A stretch of 32,000 bases of DNA from Fibrobacter succinogenes subsp. succinogenes S85 (GCF_000146505.1 NC_017448.1:150001-182000), one strand, 5' to 3'; counted from the first letter of the stretch, positions 14,901-25,185 are shown. Translations and numbers: made by a program. Notes: generated from the letters alone by a model not told the origin.

Positions 14901-15992
14901 ATGAATATGGATCGCACTCGTTTAAAAATTTTAGTTGTTGATGATACCAAGACGAATATTGACGTGTTGGAGGGGATTCTATCGAACGATTACGACGTTT
15001 GTGTTGCACTTAATGGGAAAAAAGCTATTGAGCTCACCGAAAAGATCCGCCCGGACTTGATTTTGCTTGATGTGATGATGCCGGAAATGGATGGTTACGA
15101 GACATTGAGGATCATGCGCGAGAAGAATATCCTTCAGGGTATTCCTGTGATTTTCTTGACGGCCAAGGCTGATAGCAAGAGCGAACAGATTGGATTAGAT
15201 CTCGGTGCTGTTGATTATATCACTAAGCCGTTCAACCCAGCACTCGTGACGCTCCGCATCAAGAACCAGCTCCAGCTAAAGCTCCAGCGCGACCACTTGC
15301 ACGATCTTGTCGATGAAAAGACGGCGGACCTCCGCAGGACGCTTAAGGTCATGCTTACGAGTCTTGGTTCGCTTGCCGAATACCGTGATCCCGAAACGGG
15401 GGAGCACATCAAGCGTACGCAGATTATTGTTCAGCGCCTTGCAGAAGAGCTTCGTAAGAATTCAAAGTTCACCGAAACGATTACACCGGAATACATTGAA
15501 AATTTGGCGACTGCCGCCCCGCTCCATGATATAGGCAAGGTTGGCATTCACGACCGTATCTTGCGCAAGCCGGGAACGCTCACGCAAGACGAACGTGAAA
15601 TCATGATGCAGCACCCGCAGATGGGTTACGATGTTTTGCAGGAAGCGACCAAGGAACTTCATGATAGCCCGATGGTGCGTATAGCTGCAGAAATGGCTCT
15701 CGGTCACCATGAACATTGGAACGGTGACGGTTACCCAAACCACAAGAAACACGACGATATTCCGATTGGAGCCCGCATCATGGCGGTTGCCGATGTTTAC
15801 GATGCCCTTGTCTCGAAACGCCCGTATAAAGAACCATACCCGCATGAGGTCGCTGTCAAAGAAATTGTCAAGGGCCGTGGGACGCAGTTTGACCCCGACG
15901 TTGTCGATGCGTTCCTCGCCATAGCAGACCAATTGCCCGAAATTTACGAACGGTTCAAAGACACTTCTTCTTCTGAGGAATGTAAGGATTGA
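14901..15992 (+). CDS. Response regulator with HD-GYP domain (c-di-GMP phosphodiesterase type)
   Basis: 363 aa. REC domain (KILVVDD...DLILLDVMMPEMDGY...TAKAD...DYITKP), then HD-GYP (PLHDIGKVGI ... HHEHWNGDGYP ... VADVYDAL). Confidence 0.9.
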   Translation: MNMDRTRLKILVVDDTKTNIDVLEGILSNDYDVCVALNGKKAIELTEKIRPDLILLDVMMPEMDGYETLRIMREKNILQGIPVIFLTAKADSKSEQIGLDLGAVDYITKPFNPALVTLRIKNQLQLKLQRDHLHDLVDEKTADLRRTLKVMLTSLGSLAEYRDPETGEHIKRTQIIVQRLAEELRKNSKFTETITPEYIENLATAAPLHDIGKVGIHDRILRKPGTLTQDEREIMMQHPQMGYDVLQEATKELHDSPMVRIAAEMALGHHEHWNGDGYPNHKKHDDIPIGARIMAVADVYDALVSKRPYKEPYPHEVAVKEIVKGRGTQFDPDVVDAFLAIADQLPEIYERFKDTSSSEECKD

Positions 15993-18900
15993 CACCAAGT
16001 CCTATAAATGAAAAAAAGCGCCACCTCAGCTGGCGCATTTCGCTCGTTTATACCATACCGATGCTTGTCTTTACCATCGTGTTGGTGGTCGTGTTCTCGA
16101 ACTTTTTAAAATCCACTTTAATTACCTCTTCGTATAGTTCTTCAGAATCCAAATTCCAGGACAAGACCGTTCAGGACTTGGAACTTTTTTTTGAAAAATT
16201 TGAAAAGCAGTTTAAACCGCTTCCGCAGATTCTTCAGCATACGAAAGAATCGGAAATTAAGAAAGCTTTAAAAAAGCAACAGCAGTCATCTTCGTATATA
16301 GTCGATGTCTATTACGGCAATAGAAATGGCAAATATATTTCAGCCAGCGACTTTAAGCTTGATGAAGGCAAAAAGGAATTCCGTACAAAGACTTGGTATC
16401 TAGAAGCTTCGAGGCGCAAAGGGCTTGCTATTACAGGGCCGGAAATCAACGAAAAGGCGAAAAAACGCGTTCTCACTTATTCTTATCCGTTGTGGGATAA
16501 AAGTCGGAACTTTATGGGGGCCGTCGCTGAAGATATCGACTTGCAGAAAGTCCGCCAGCTGATGGGTGATTTTGCGAAAGCCGAAGGCGGAATTACAATG
16601 CTGGTTGGTTCTGAGAACGATAGCCTTTTCACGTATTTCCCGTATGAGACGAGCCTCCATAAGATTGTTGTAGATACGGTTGCAGGACTTTTGCACTTGG
16701 TGCAGGACGACATCCAGTTTGATAACCTGTCTCTTGAAAATGTAACGCGTTTTGAAAAGACCGATGTTGAAAATCGCAAGCTGATATTTTTGGTGATGCC
16801 TCTGAAGAATGCCCCGTTTTATGCGGTTCACGTGATTCAGAAGAATAAAGTAGTTGCAAAAGTCCAGGAAAATCTGAATGCGATTATTTTGGTCGTCTCG
16901 CTTATTGTTGCGGCACTGATATTCCTTACGTGGCTTATTGTGCGGTTCCTTTTCAAGTTCTTTATTCAAAAAGACTTGAATGAAAGCGTCAGTTCCAGTA
17001 CGATGTTTGAAACACTTTTGGGGAGCGATAACTTTAGAATCATCCTGACGAACGACACGTTTGATATTCTCCATGCCAGCGCCTACATTGCGGAGTTCTT
17101 TAACAATGGCAATGACATTCGTGGAGAAATCCTTTGGAAGTTTTTCCATTCGGAACAGTTTAAAAAGTTTGTCTACAAAGTCTCGAAGGGCGGCGAAATG
17201 CACGCCAGCGAACGCCAGATTATTATTCCAGTTCGTAGCTGTACAGGTGAAGATGCCTGGTGGAAAGTAATCTTCCAGTTCCTCGTTGAAGACGATGGTT
17301 CCATCCGTTATTTGTTCCTCATTTCCGATGAAACGAGTGGCATCCAGAAGGATACGATTCTCGACACCATCATGCTTTCTGCGGGTAATTCAATTCTCGT
17401 GATTTTTGACAAGAATCGCAAAGTCAAGTACATGTCCAAGCAATTGACGGATTACCTTGTTGTGGACTGGAAAGATGTGATGGGGCAACCTCTTGAGAAC
17501 ATGCCTAAATGCGGCATGCCCGAAGATGTTGTTGTAGCTCTTAAAAAGACTTTTGACGAGCAGGGCGTCTGGAAAGATACGTTCATGCTCCAGACGCTCA
17601 ATACGCATACTGATACGTGGTTCCGTGGTGAAGCTTGCACACTCAAGGTTCAGGAATCCGTTGTCGGTTATATGCTCTCAATGATTGATATTTCGGAAGT
17701 TGTTGCAGCCCGAGAAATTGCAGAACATGCAACACAGGCAAAGAGCGAATTTTTGGCGAACATGAGCCATGAAATCCGCACACCGATGAATGCCATTATC
17801 GGCATGGCCCACCTGATTCAAGAGACAAAACTAGACGAACGCCAACTCGGATTTATCGAACGCATTAGCCATGCAGCAACATCTTTGCTCGGCATTATAA
17901 ACAACATTCTTGATTTCTCGAAAATTGAAGCCAACAAGCAAGACCTTGAAATCACGCAGCTTGTGCTGCAAGATATCATTGGCGAAGTGGCTGCCCTTGC
18001 CGAAGTGCGTATTGCAGGTCGTCCGATTGAGTTGATTGTTGATATCGACCCTGAAATTCCGGAAGTCTTGATGGGTGACCCGTTACGTCTTTCGCAGATT
18101 TTCACAAACCTCATCAACAATGCGACCAAGTTTACGGAAAGTGGTAGCATAACGCTTCAGATTAAGCAAGAACAGGTTATTGGAAACAACATAAAACTTT
18201 CGTTTAGCGTCATTGATACGGGTATTGGCATGACCACCGATCAGCTACACCACTTGTTCAATGCGTTTACGCAGGCTGACGGTTCCATTACGCGTAAGTA
18301 TGGTGGCACCGGACTGGGGCTTGTGATTTCCAAGTCTCTCGTGGAACTTATGGGTGGCGAGCTTCAGGTGGAAAGCGAGTATGGCAAGGGTTCGAAGTTT
18401 TTCTTCACGATTACGCTTGCGATGGCGCCACAGTCGACCGTACCGAAATGGAAGTCTGTTTCAACATTCCGCAACAAGAATGTTTTGCTCGTGGATGATT
18501 GCGAACGCTTACGTAGTGTCTTGAGGCATTATTTGACAAAGCTGCGCTGCGTTGTTGAAGAGGCTGCTTCTGTGGACGAAGCGCTTGACTTGATACAGGC
18601 GCACGAAGAAGCGGGGGAGACTCCGTACGATCTCTTTATTGTCGATTACCAGATGCCGCTGATGAATGGCTTTGACTTTGTGCAAGGCCTCCCTGCCAAT
18701 ATGAGAAAAATTCCAAAAATTCTCATGCACCCCATCCACTTTGATGAACATAATTACCACCTGGCAACCGAAATCGGTTTCAACAGTTGCGTCGCAAAGC
18801 CTCTGCAAATCAGTTCCCTGCTTAGCGCCATGCAGGAAGCGGTTGATGAAAAACTGACATATCAAAAGGCTCCTAAGCCCGAAAAGAATAAGATATTCTT

Positions 18901-19978
18901 CAAAGAAGCGAAAATTCTCCTTGTCGAAGACAACGAGATGAACCAGGAATTGGCTGTATCGCTTTTAAACAGTGTCGGTTTAGCAACGATGGTTGCGCCC
19001 AACGGGAAAAAGGCTCTTGAGTTACTTAAAATCAATGCATTTGATTTAGTGTTAATGGATATCCAAATGCCTGTGATGAACGGTCTTGATGCCACAAGGG
19101 CAATCCGCAACCGCTCCGATGAGTATTTCAAGAATGTTCCGATCATCGCCATGAGTGCCAAAGCATTCCAAAAAGACCGCGACGATTGCCTCAAAGCTGG
19201 GATGAACTCTTATATCGCCAAGCCTATTGATCCGATGATGCTTTATGCCGAACTTGCAAAGTATTTGCCGGTTGCCGATAAAATGCCGATAGCACCAAGC
19301 GAAAATGAGCCTGCAACAACACCGTCAAATGCCGATGACAGCATTGTTGCCATGTTCCAAAAAGTCCGCAATTTTGATGCTGCTGCAGGACTTTACCATG
19401 CAAATGACAACAAGAATTTGTACTTCAAGATTATACAAGGTTTTGTTCGTGACTATAGCGGTGAAGCGGTTAATCTTAAAAAAGCGTTTGAAAGTGCAGA
19501 TTTTGATGAATCAACTCGCATTGTCCATACGATAAAGGGACTTTGTGGAACGATAGGTTCATACCACGTGCAGACGCTTGGCGTGATGCTTGAAAATTCA
19601 CTCCTTAAGAAGGAACTGAATCATAGCGAATTCCATGCATTTGAAAGTGCGCTTGAAGACCTTATGGATGACCTTAAGATTGTCATGCAAAACATTGCAT
19701 CGGAACAGTCAAACGCCTCTGTAATCATCAAGCATGTGGATCCTGAAGCGATAAGTAAGCTCACTCATGCAGTTGAAGAACTCAAGCCTGCTGTGGAATC
19801 TTGTTCGCTTACGGCCTGCAAGCGAATTCTCGATACACTCGATAAAATCATGTTCTCGCAGGAACAGGAAACAATTTTGCAGAAATTGCATAATCAGATT
19901 GACGATTATGACTTTACTGCAGCAGAAGCAAGTCTCAAGAGCTTGGAAGAAACGCTTAAAGAACCATCGCTGCCATAA
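15989..19978 (+). CDS. Hybrid sensor histidine kinase (Cache-like periplasmic domain, PAS, HisKA, HATPase, 2 x REC, HPt)
   Basis: 1329 aa. TTG start overlaps the RR stop (ATTGA, 15988-15992), and no in-frame ATG precedes the first TM helix. H-box [15 protein letters not shown]-boxes DTGIGM / GGTGLGL, REC1 VLLVDD...[11 protein letters not shown]2 ILLVEDN...[13 protein letters not shown], HPt [11 protein letters not shown]. Confidence 0.9.
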   Translation: MTPSPINEKKRHLSWRISLVYTIPMLVFTIVLVVVFSNFLKSTLITSSYSSSESKFQDKTVQDLELFFEKFEKQFKPLPQILQHTKESEIKKALKKQQQSSSYIVDVYYGNRNGKYISASDFKLDEGKKEFRTKTWYLEASRRKGLAITGPEINEKAKKRVLTYSYPLWDKSRNFMGAVAEDIDLQKVRQLMGDFAKAEGGITMLVGSENDSLFTYFPYETSLHKIVVDTVAGLLHLVQDDIQFDNLSLENVTRFEKTDVENRKLIFLVMPLKNAPFYAVHVIQKNKVVAKVQENLNAIILVVSLIVAALIFLTWLIVRFLFKFFIQKDLNESVSSSTMFETLLGSDNFRIILTNDTFDILHASAYIAEFFNNGNDIRGEILWKFFHSEQFKKFVYKVSKGGEMHASERQIIIPVRSCTGEDAWWKVIFQFLVEDDGSIRYLFLISDETSGIQKDTILDTIMLSAGNSILVIFDKNRKVKYMSKQLTDYLVVDWKDVMGQPLENMPKCGMPEDVVVALKKTFDEQGVWKDTFMLQTLNTHTDTWFRGEACTLKVQESVVGYMLSMIDISEVVAAREIAEHATQAKSEFLANMSHEIRTPMNAIIGMAHLIQETKLDERQLGFIERISHAATSLLGIINNILDFSKIEANKQDLEITQLVLQDIIGEVAALAEVRIAGRPIELIVDIDPEIPEVLMGDPLRLSQIFTNLINNATKFTESGSITLQIKQEQVIGNNIKLSFSVIDTGIGMTTDQLHHLFNAFTQADGSITRKYGGTGLGLVISKSLVELMGGELQVESEYGKGSKFFFTITLAMAPQSTVPKWKSVSTFRNKNVLLVDDCERLRSVLRHYLTKLRCVVEEAASVDEALDLIQAHEEAGETPYDLFIVDYQMPLMNGFDFVQGLPANMRKIPKILMHPIHFDEHNYHLATEIGFNSCVAKPLQISSLLSAMQEAVDEKLTYQKAPKPEKNKIFFKEAKILLVEDNEMNQELAVSLLNSVGLATMVAPNGKKALELLKINAFDLVLMDIQMPVMNGLDATRAIRNRSDEYFKNVPIIAMSAKAFQKDRDDCLKAGMNSYIAKPIDPMMLYAELAKYLPVADKMPIAPSENEPATTPSNADDSIVAMFQKVRNFDAAAGLYHANDNKNLYFKIIQGFVRDYSGEAVNLKKAFESADFDESTRIVHTIKGLCGTIGSYHVQTLGVMLENSLLKKELNHSEFHAFESALEDLMDDLKIVMQNIASEQSNASVIIKHVDPEAISKLTHAVEELKPAVESCSLTACKRILDTLDKIMFSQEQETILQKLHNQIDDYDFTAAEASLKSLEETLKEPSLP

Positions 19979-20195
19979 ACGCAAGCACGATAATCACCAC
20001 AGCGACAATCGTAAGCGGGCTTGTCTTTTTCTTCTTTTCGCCAAATTCATTTTCGACGATTTCTTCGTAGTCGGGCGTTTCGAGGTCGCTGTATTCAGCG
20101 CCTTCTTTCCAGCTGGTGTTCTTGTCGCTCCCGCAGTGGGGGCAGAAGGTTGCGCCTTGTTTCAATTCGGCGCCGCAATGAGGACAATGGGTCAT
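19956..20195 (-). CDS. Small zinc-ribbon protein with C-terminal membrane anchor
   Basis: 79 aa: MTHCPHCGAELKQGATFCPHCG (CxxC-N10-CxxC), an acidic linker, then [19 protein letters not shown]. Its 3' end overlaps the convergent kinase gene by 23 nt. Confidence 0.5.
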   Translation of the reverse strand: MTHCPHCGAELKQGATFCPHCGSDKNTSWKEGAEYSDLETPDYEEIVENEFGEKKKKTSPLTIVAVVIIVLAFMAAMVL

Positions 20196-20326
20196 GAGCG
20201 ATGAGGTCGGCGCAGAGCGCCTTTGAGGTATGAGTTTTGACTAGAGAAATGTAGTAAAAAGTCGTTAGTGGTTGGTATACATCAAATGCGAGTCCACAAG
20301 TGGCCTCACGCTTGATTTCCTTGCAT

Positions 20327-20358
20327 GTCATTCTGACAACCGAAGGGCGGAAGAATCC
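20327..20358 (+). repeat. GTCAT...ATCC hairpin repeat element, copy ii
   Basis: GTCATTCTGACAACCGAAGGGCGGAAGAATCC, with closing stem ATTCT/AGAAT. It lies 34 nt upstream of the lipoprotein start. Confidence 0.55.
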
Positions 20359-20392
20359 AGTTAAGGTCTTTAGTTTTTATATATTGCTTTAT

Positions 20393-21208
20393 ATGAATCG
20401 TTTCCTATCTGTTCTATTGCTTTTATTTTTGACATCTTGTTCGACAAAGCTTGCTGTAGTAGACGAGGGCTCGATGCAGGCATATATGCCAACACCCAAT
20501 AAAGGACTTGGATTTTTTATAGATAAAGATACCGTTGTAAATCGAGTTCAAATGGGAATTCGTACCTATGACAAGGAAACGATGAATTTGTCTGGTTTGT
20601 CGAATGAAGCGAATTTTCTCGAAAATGGTTCTCCCAAATATGAATATGCAGCAGATATTCGTTATAGGCTAATTCGTTTCCCGATTACGCTAACCGTAGA
20701 AAATTTCGAAAAAATAAACTCATACTTGTTTAAATTTGGTGCTGGCTTGGATCCTTATCCTTATGTCGATGTTGCTTTTGCTCATTTGCAACGTTTTTTT
20801 GAATTCGGCATAGCTGTTAATGTTGGTATTGCATATGAAAAGGAATCTTTGAAGGGAAGCTATATAAAAAAAGAAAATACATTTGTTGGAAATTTAGGCG
20901 ATGTGAACGATGGTTCGTGGGAACATGAATGGAAAATCACAGGAGCTTTGGAAGGTTATCTAAATGTTTTCCCATTGAAAAATCTGGCACTGACTTATTC
21001 GTTCACATATTTTTATCCACGGTTATTCGATAATGTGGATGGACATTCGGTGTCTTTTGATTTCCCGCCGATTCTCATGAACTATCTAGGAGCCTCTTAC
21101 TTATTTGCCGAACATTATCAAGTTTCTGCAGGCACAATCTTGTATTTAGATTCTCGCCTAAAACAAAAGTTTTGGCATGTCGAAACATCTATTGGCTACT
21201 TGTTCTAG
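20393..21208 (+). CDS. Hypothetical lipoprotein, possibly an outer-membrane beta-barrel
   Basis: I prefer ATG 20393 (MNRFLSVLLLLFLTSC|STK, lipobox) over track start 20300, which reads through the repeat element. Alternating hydrophobic pattern and C-terminal ...SIGYLF (terminal aromatic). Confidence 0.6.
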   Translation: MNRFLSVLLLLFLTSCSTKLAVVDEGSMQAYMPTPNKGLGFFIDKDTVVNRVQMGIRTYDKETMNLSGLSNEANFLENGSPKYEYAADIRYRLIRFPITLTVENFEKINSYLFKFGAGLDPYPYVDVAFAHLQRFFEFGIAVNVGIAYEKESLKGSYIKKENTFVGNLGDVNDGSWEHEWKITGALEGYLNVFPLKNLALTYSFTYFYPRLFDNVDGHSVSFDFPPILMNYLGASYLFAEHYQVSAGTILYLDSRLKQKFWHVETSIGYLF

Positions 21209-21212
21209 ATAA

Positions 21213-21244
21213 AAAACACCTCGGAAAAATCCGAGGTGTTTTTA
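21213..21244 (+). terminator. Rho-independent terminator (A-tract / hairpin / T-tract, potentially bidirectional)
   Basis: AACACCTCGG (21215-21224), loop AAAAAT, CCGAGGTGTT (21231-21240), followed by TTT and preceded by AAAAA. Confidence 0.8.
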
Positions 21245-21274
21245 AGCTTTTTGCTTGTCGCAAATTAAAGACTA

Positions 21275-21370
21275 CCGTGAGCAACAAAGCCCTCAGTATT
21301 AACCGAGGGCGTTTGCGAGAGTGAGCGCCACTCACATATTTCTATGTGATTCTAGGCGCGAACGGTCTCA
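21275..21370 (-). repeat. ~96-nt repeat element, copy 2, starting immediately after the fba stop codon
   Basis: Minus-strand reading is TGAGACCGTTCGCGCCTAGAATC...GGCGCTCACTCTCGC...GCCCTC(GGTTAATACT)GAGGGC...TGCTCACGG. See 2643-2742. Confidence 0.65.
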
Positions 21371-22369
21371 TTAGAGCTTGTCGTTGGAGCCGAGCACATC
21401 CACGATCTTGTGCATGTACATCTTCTTCATGTTTTCACGAGCCGGCTTGAGGTACTGGCGCGGGTCGAAGTGTTCCGGATGTTCGTCGAAATACTTACGG
21501 ATAGCGGCAGTCATAGCGAGACGGCTGTCAGAGTCGATGTTGATCTTGCAGACAGCAGAGCGAGAAGCTTCGCGGAGCTGTTCTTCCGGAATACCAACTG
21601 CATCCGGGAGCTTACCGCCGTGAGCGTTGATCGTATCAACTTCGTCCTGCGGGACAGAAGAAGAACCGTGGAGAACGATCGGGAAGCCCGGGAGCTTCTG
21701 TTCGATGGCGTGGAGCACGTCGAATGCCAGAGGAGGCGGAACGAGCTTGCCCTGAGCGTTACGAGTGCACTGTTCCGGCTTGAACTTGTATGCACCGTGA
21801 GAAGTACCGATGGAGATAGCGAGGGAGTCGCAGCCCGTACGGGTAGCGAAGTCGATCACTTCTTCCGGCTTCGTGTAGTGAGAAACTTCAGAAGCAACTT
21901 CGTCTTCAACACCGGCGAGAACACCGAGTTCAGCTTCGACGGTAACGTCGTGAGCGTGAGCGTATTCAACAACCTTCTTGGTGAGGGCGATGTTGTCTTC
22001 GTACGGAAGAGCAGAACCGTCGATCATCACGGAAGAGAAACCGTTGTCGATGCAGTCCTTGCAGAGTTCGAAAGAGTCACCGTGGTCGAGGTGGAGCACG
22101 ATCTGCGGATTTGCGCAGCCGAGTTCCTTGGCGTATTCAACAGCACCCTGAGCCATGTAGCGGAGGATGGTGCCGTTAGCGTAGTTACGAGCACCCTTAG
22201 AGACCTGCATGATCACCGGAGACTTGGTTTCAACGGCGGCCTGCACGATAGCCTGCATCTGTTCCATGGTGTTGAAGTTGAAAGCCGGGATAGCATAGCC
22301 ACCCTTAACTGCCTTAGCAAACATTTCCTTGGTGTTAACCAAGCCGAGTTCCTTGTAAGAAACTGCCAT
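21371..22369 (-). CDS. fba: Class II fructose-1,6-bisphosphate aldolase
   Basis: 332 aa. YAIPAFNFNTMEQ, LHLDHGDSFE, SVMIDGS, GTSHGAYKF and LHGSSSVPQ are class II FBA metal- and substrate-binding motifs. Confidence 0.93.
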   Translation of the reverse strand: MAVSYKELGLVNTKEMFAKAVKGGYAIPAFNFNTMEQMQAIVQAAVETKSPVIMQVSKGARNYANGTILRYMAQGAVEYAKELGCANPQIVLHLDHGDSFELCKDCIDNGFSSVMIDGSALPYEDNIALTKKVVEYAHAHDVTVEAELGVLAGVEDEVASEVSHYTKPEEVIDFATRTGCDSLAISIGTSHGAYKFKPEQCTRNAQGKLVPPPLAFDVLHAIEQKLPGFPIVLHGSSSVPQDEVDTINAHGGKLPDAVGIPEEQLREASRSAVCKINIDSDSRLAMTAAIRKYFDEHPEHFDPRQYLKPARENMKKMYMHKIVDVLGSNDKL

Positions 22370-22492
22370 TTGTTTTACCTCTTGTTTTTGATTGGCGACT
22401 TGCGCCGCCGGTTTAAAAGTTACGTGCCTTAATTTAGAAAAATCAGGCCTAATTAAAAGTTCTTTTTTGAAAAAAAACTCAATATTTTAGGC

Positions 22493-22522
22493 TAAAAAGA
22501 GACCCCGACCTAAGGCCGGGGC
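22493..22522 (-). terminator. Rho-independent terminator after the OmpA-family gene
   Basis: GACCCCGACC / GGCCGGGGC hairpin (22501-22521, one mismatch). On the minus strand it is followed by TCTTTTT. Confidence 0.55.
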
Positions 22523-22549
22523 GACTCCTGTATTATTCGGTTTACCGAA

Positions 22550-23434
22550 CTACTTCACTTTCTGTGTACGGTCTGTGATCACGAGGTCCACGCGGCGGTT
22601 CTTTTGGCGACCTTCCTTGGTGGAGTTGTCCGCAATCGGCATGGTCATGCCAAGGCCCTTAGCGGTGAGGCGGGTTTCTGCGATACCCTGTTCCACGAGG
22701 AATTTCATCACGTTTTCAGCACGCTGCTGAGAAAGCGTCATGTTGAATTCTTCGGAACCGGTGTTGTCGGTGTTTCCTTCAATGGACACGTCAAACTGCT
22801 GGTAAACGGAGAGGATACCGGCAATCTTAGCAAGGCTTGTCATGAGGTCGGTCTTCAAGGTGGCACGGCCCACGTCAAACAAAATGTCGGACATCGAGAG
22901 GATGATACCGCGAGCGTCCTTTGTCACCTGGATCATCTGGGACTGGAGGGCGTTTAACTTGTCCATAGCTTCGTTCTTGCTGGCTTCGAGCTTGTCCTTC
23001 TGGGCCTTGATGGCCTGTTTTTCGGCTTCGAGGTCAGAGACCTTACCGCTACGGGCTTCACCAATCTGTTCCTGGATAGCTTCGATAGTGCGATTTGTGG
23101 CGGCACGCTTTTCCCAGTTCTCGGCAATGTGATTCTGGATAGCCTGGGTTTCGCCCTGGAGCTTTGCAATTTCTGCATACTTTTTGCAGTTTTCCAAGAA
23201 TGTCGGAATCAGCTTGGATTCATCGTCATCCGCATAAATCGTTTCAAGAGCATTGAGCGTGCCATAGCCTTCGGCAAGCGTAAGCTTTGCGGCGTAAGCG
23301 TTGGACGGCAAATTGGTCTTGGCGTTGTCGAGAGCGAGTCGGCACTGGTCAACTGGGGTGACGGTGGGGGCGTCCGCTGCAAAGCTAATGGAAGCGGCGA
23401 GGGCGCCGAGAGTCAAAATCTTAATCGTCTTCAT
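22550..23434 (-). CDS. OmpA-family protein (coiled-coil N-part, C-terminal OmpA peptidoglycan-binding domain)
   Basis: 294 aa with a signal peptide. C-terminus: FDVGRATLK...IEGNTDNTGSEEFNMTLSQQRAENVMKFLVEQGI...GLGMTMPIADNSTKEGRQKNRRVDLVI. Confidence 0.85.
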   Translation of the reverse strand: MKTIKILTLGALAASISFAADAPTVTPVDQCRLALDNAKTNLPSNAYAAKLTLAEGYGTLNALETIYADDDESKLIPTFLENCKKYAEIAKLQGETQAIQNHIAENWEKRAATNRTIEAIQEQIGEARSGKVSDLEAEKQAIKAQKDKLEASKNEAMDKLNALQSQMIQVTKDARGIILSMSDILFDVGRATLKTDLMTSLAKIAGILSVYQQFDVSIEGNTDNTGSEEFNMTLSQQRAENVMKFLVEQGIAETRLTAKGLGMTMPIADNSTKEGRQKNRRVDLVITDRTQKVK

Positions 23435-23446
23435 CTTTGCGGCTCC

Positions 23447-23830
23447 TTACTTCTTGGTTTCCTTTTCGAGAATGCTCTGGTACAGGACCTTGCGTTCTTC
23501 GTCGGCACGGAGAGATTCTTCGAGTTTCTTGTCTTCGTTTTTAGCCTTTTCGTTTTCGGATTTGGCTATGGCGAGTCGCATTTCAAGTTCGCTCTGTTCT
23601 GCAAGCGCCTGGGCTTCTTCGATTTTTCCGTCTTCTTTCAGGGCTTTAGCTGCGACAAGCTTGGAATACGAGTTCGATGTCATGCTTGCATCGAGCTTGT
23701 TTTCGTTGACGAGTGAGCGCGTTGCATCGGCTTGTCCAAGGGAACGGTTGATTCCGCTCTGGCTTCCTGAGCAACCGGTAAGGGCCGCGAGGGCGAGCGT
23801 TAAAGAACATGCGAATATTTTAGCCTTCAT
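23447..23830 (-). CDS. Coiled-coil lipoprotein, DUF4398-like, partner of the OmpA-family gene
   Basis: 127 aa with lipobox LAALTGC|SGS, and helical and E/K-rich. 12-nt gap to the downstream OmpA gene. GGAG lies upstream. Confidence 0.55.
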   Translation of the reverse strand: MKAKIFACSLTLALAALTGCSGSQSGINRSLGQADATRSLVNENKLDASMTSNSYSKLVAAKALKEDGKIEEAQALAEQSELEMRLAIAKSENEKAKNEDKKLEESLRADEERKVLYQSILEKETKK

Positions 23831-23973
23831 CGGGGCTTCTCCTATGATTGATATTCCGCGCTAAAATTACATTCTGGTTTATTAAAAAGTTCTTGCATCC
23901 GCAAAAAAACTTTTTTTACTTGCTTATGTATATGGAATAGTGTAGATTAAAATTGTGTATAGGAAGGTTTTTT

Positions 23974-25098
23974 ATGAATCTTTTTCTAAAAAAATCAAGT
24001 TTTATAGGAATTTTTTCCTTCCTGCTTCCGTTGTCTAGCGCTTTTGCCGGCAACGTTGAATACCATTTGAATAAATCTGCCAATCCGACTCAAGATGAAC
24101 TCGAAGCTTATGCGCTAATCGAAGCCGCAATGGATTCGGCGGTTTATTTGTACAATAAGTATTCTGACCTTTCTAAACATATCGAAGTTTATTATAGCAC
24201 GGGCGTTCCCACAGCCGAGGCTAGCAGTAATGGAGACCTGCGTTTTGGCAAGGATCGCAATTATATGTACGTAGGCACCGCTATGCACGAAATGGCGCAT
24301 ACCATGGGCATGGGTACGACATCAGAGTACAAGGCTATGATAGATGGGGGCGTTTTCAAGGGCGAAAAGGCTCAAAAGCTCATCAAGGAAATTGATGGGC
24401 CGGATGCTGTACTCAAAGGCGACAGCCAGCATTTTTGGCCGTATGGCATCAATTACAAGAGTGAAGTCCATTCCGAACAGGATTTGATCAATCACGTGAA
24501 AATCGTGAACGCGATGTATCAGGACATTTTCAAGGAAGCGTTCTACATGCAGGGGAGGGTAAAATCTCTTTCTGAAAAAAAGTGCATGGGAATTACTTCT
24601 TCGAATACGCTTGAACTTATGGACTGTGCCGATACGGCGACTTTTGTCAAAATCTATTCAATGGGCGATAAACCGGTGACGTATCGTTTTCAGCTCGGGA
24701 ACCGTGTAATCGATATCCCGAATGAATCCACTGCGGCTGGTATTAAGGCTTCAACGTACGGCTATAATGGCGGAGCGCACCAAAAGTACCAACTTGAAGA
24801 TGCTGGGGTAAACACTCCGAACGCATTTCTTCTCAGAAACTACAAGAGTGGGCTTTATCTGCAAGCTGTCGGGAAAGATGTTGTGCAGAATCCAATGCCT
24901 TCGCGCTCCGATGATTTCATCTGGAAAATTGAAGAACAACGTGCTGATTCTGCGGACAAGCCTGTATCCATTTCAAAGCGCCGAGTTCCAAACAAGAATT
25001 TGGAAGAATCAATGCCAGAACGTTTGTTTGACGCTCTCGGGCGAGCCGCCGGCAAGATCCGTCGCGGTGTAACGTCGAAACTTTTGAAAAGCAAATAA
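23974..25098 (+). CDS. Secreted zincin-like (HEXXH) protein with ricin-type lectin-like C-region and basic FDxLGR tail
   Basis: ATG 23974 has AGGAAGG 7 nt upstream (the track start 23953 is TTG). Signal peptide ...LSSAFA|GN, HEMAHTMGMG, QxW-like repeats (HQKYQLED, FIWKIEE). C-terminus is RLFDALGRAAGKIRRGVTSKLLKSK. Confidence 0.5.
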   Translation: MNLFLKKSSFIGIFSFLLPLSSAFAGNVEYHLNKSANPTQDELEAYALIEAAMDSAVYLYNKYSDLSKHIEVYYSTGVPTAEASSNGDLRFGKDRNYMYVGTAMHEMAHTMGMGTTSEYKAMIDGGVFKGEKAQKLIKEIDGPDAVLKGDSQHFWPYGINYKSEVHSEQDLINHVKIVNAMYQDIFKEAFYMQGRVKSLSEKKCMGITSSNTLELMDCADTATFVKIYSMGDKPVTYRFQLGNRVIDIPNESTAAGIKASTYGYNGGAHQKYQLEDAGVNTPNAFLLRNYKSGLYLQAVGKDVVQNPMPSRSDDFIWKIEEQRADSADKPVSISKRRVPNKNLEESMPERLFDALGRAAGKIRRGVTSKLLKSK

Positions 25099-25111
25099 TT
25101 AAAATTTCACA

Positions 25112-25145
25112 GGATACTTCGTGGCTATTCGCCACTCAGTATGAC
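25112..25145 (-). repeat. GTCAT...ATCC hairpin repeat element, copy iii
   Basis: Minus-strand reading is GTCATACTGAGTGGCGAATAGCCACGAAGTATCC. Stems are ATACT/AGTAT and GTGGC/GCCAC. Confidence 0.55.
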
Positions 25146-25153
25146 GATGAAGC

Positions 25154-25185
25154 AAAAAAAAGACCGCTCATAAGCGGTCTCTTTT
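25154..25185. terminator. Bidirectional rho-independent terminator between convergent genes
   Basis: A8, then AGACCGCT (25161-25168), loop CATA, AGCGGTCT (25173-25180), then CTTTT. Confidence 0.8.

Noticed and set aside
16400-17203. 267-aa minus-strand ORF, plus other ORFs inside 15989-19978
   Set aside because: Embedded antisense in the hybrid kinase gene, whose frame shows continuous domain logic (Cache, PAS, HisKA, HATPase, REC, REC, HPt).
21410-22432. 340-aa plus-strand ORF
   Set aside because: Antisense to the class II aldolase gene, with low-complexity V/R/E/D-rich translation.
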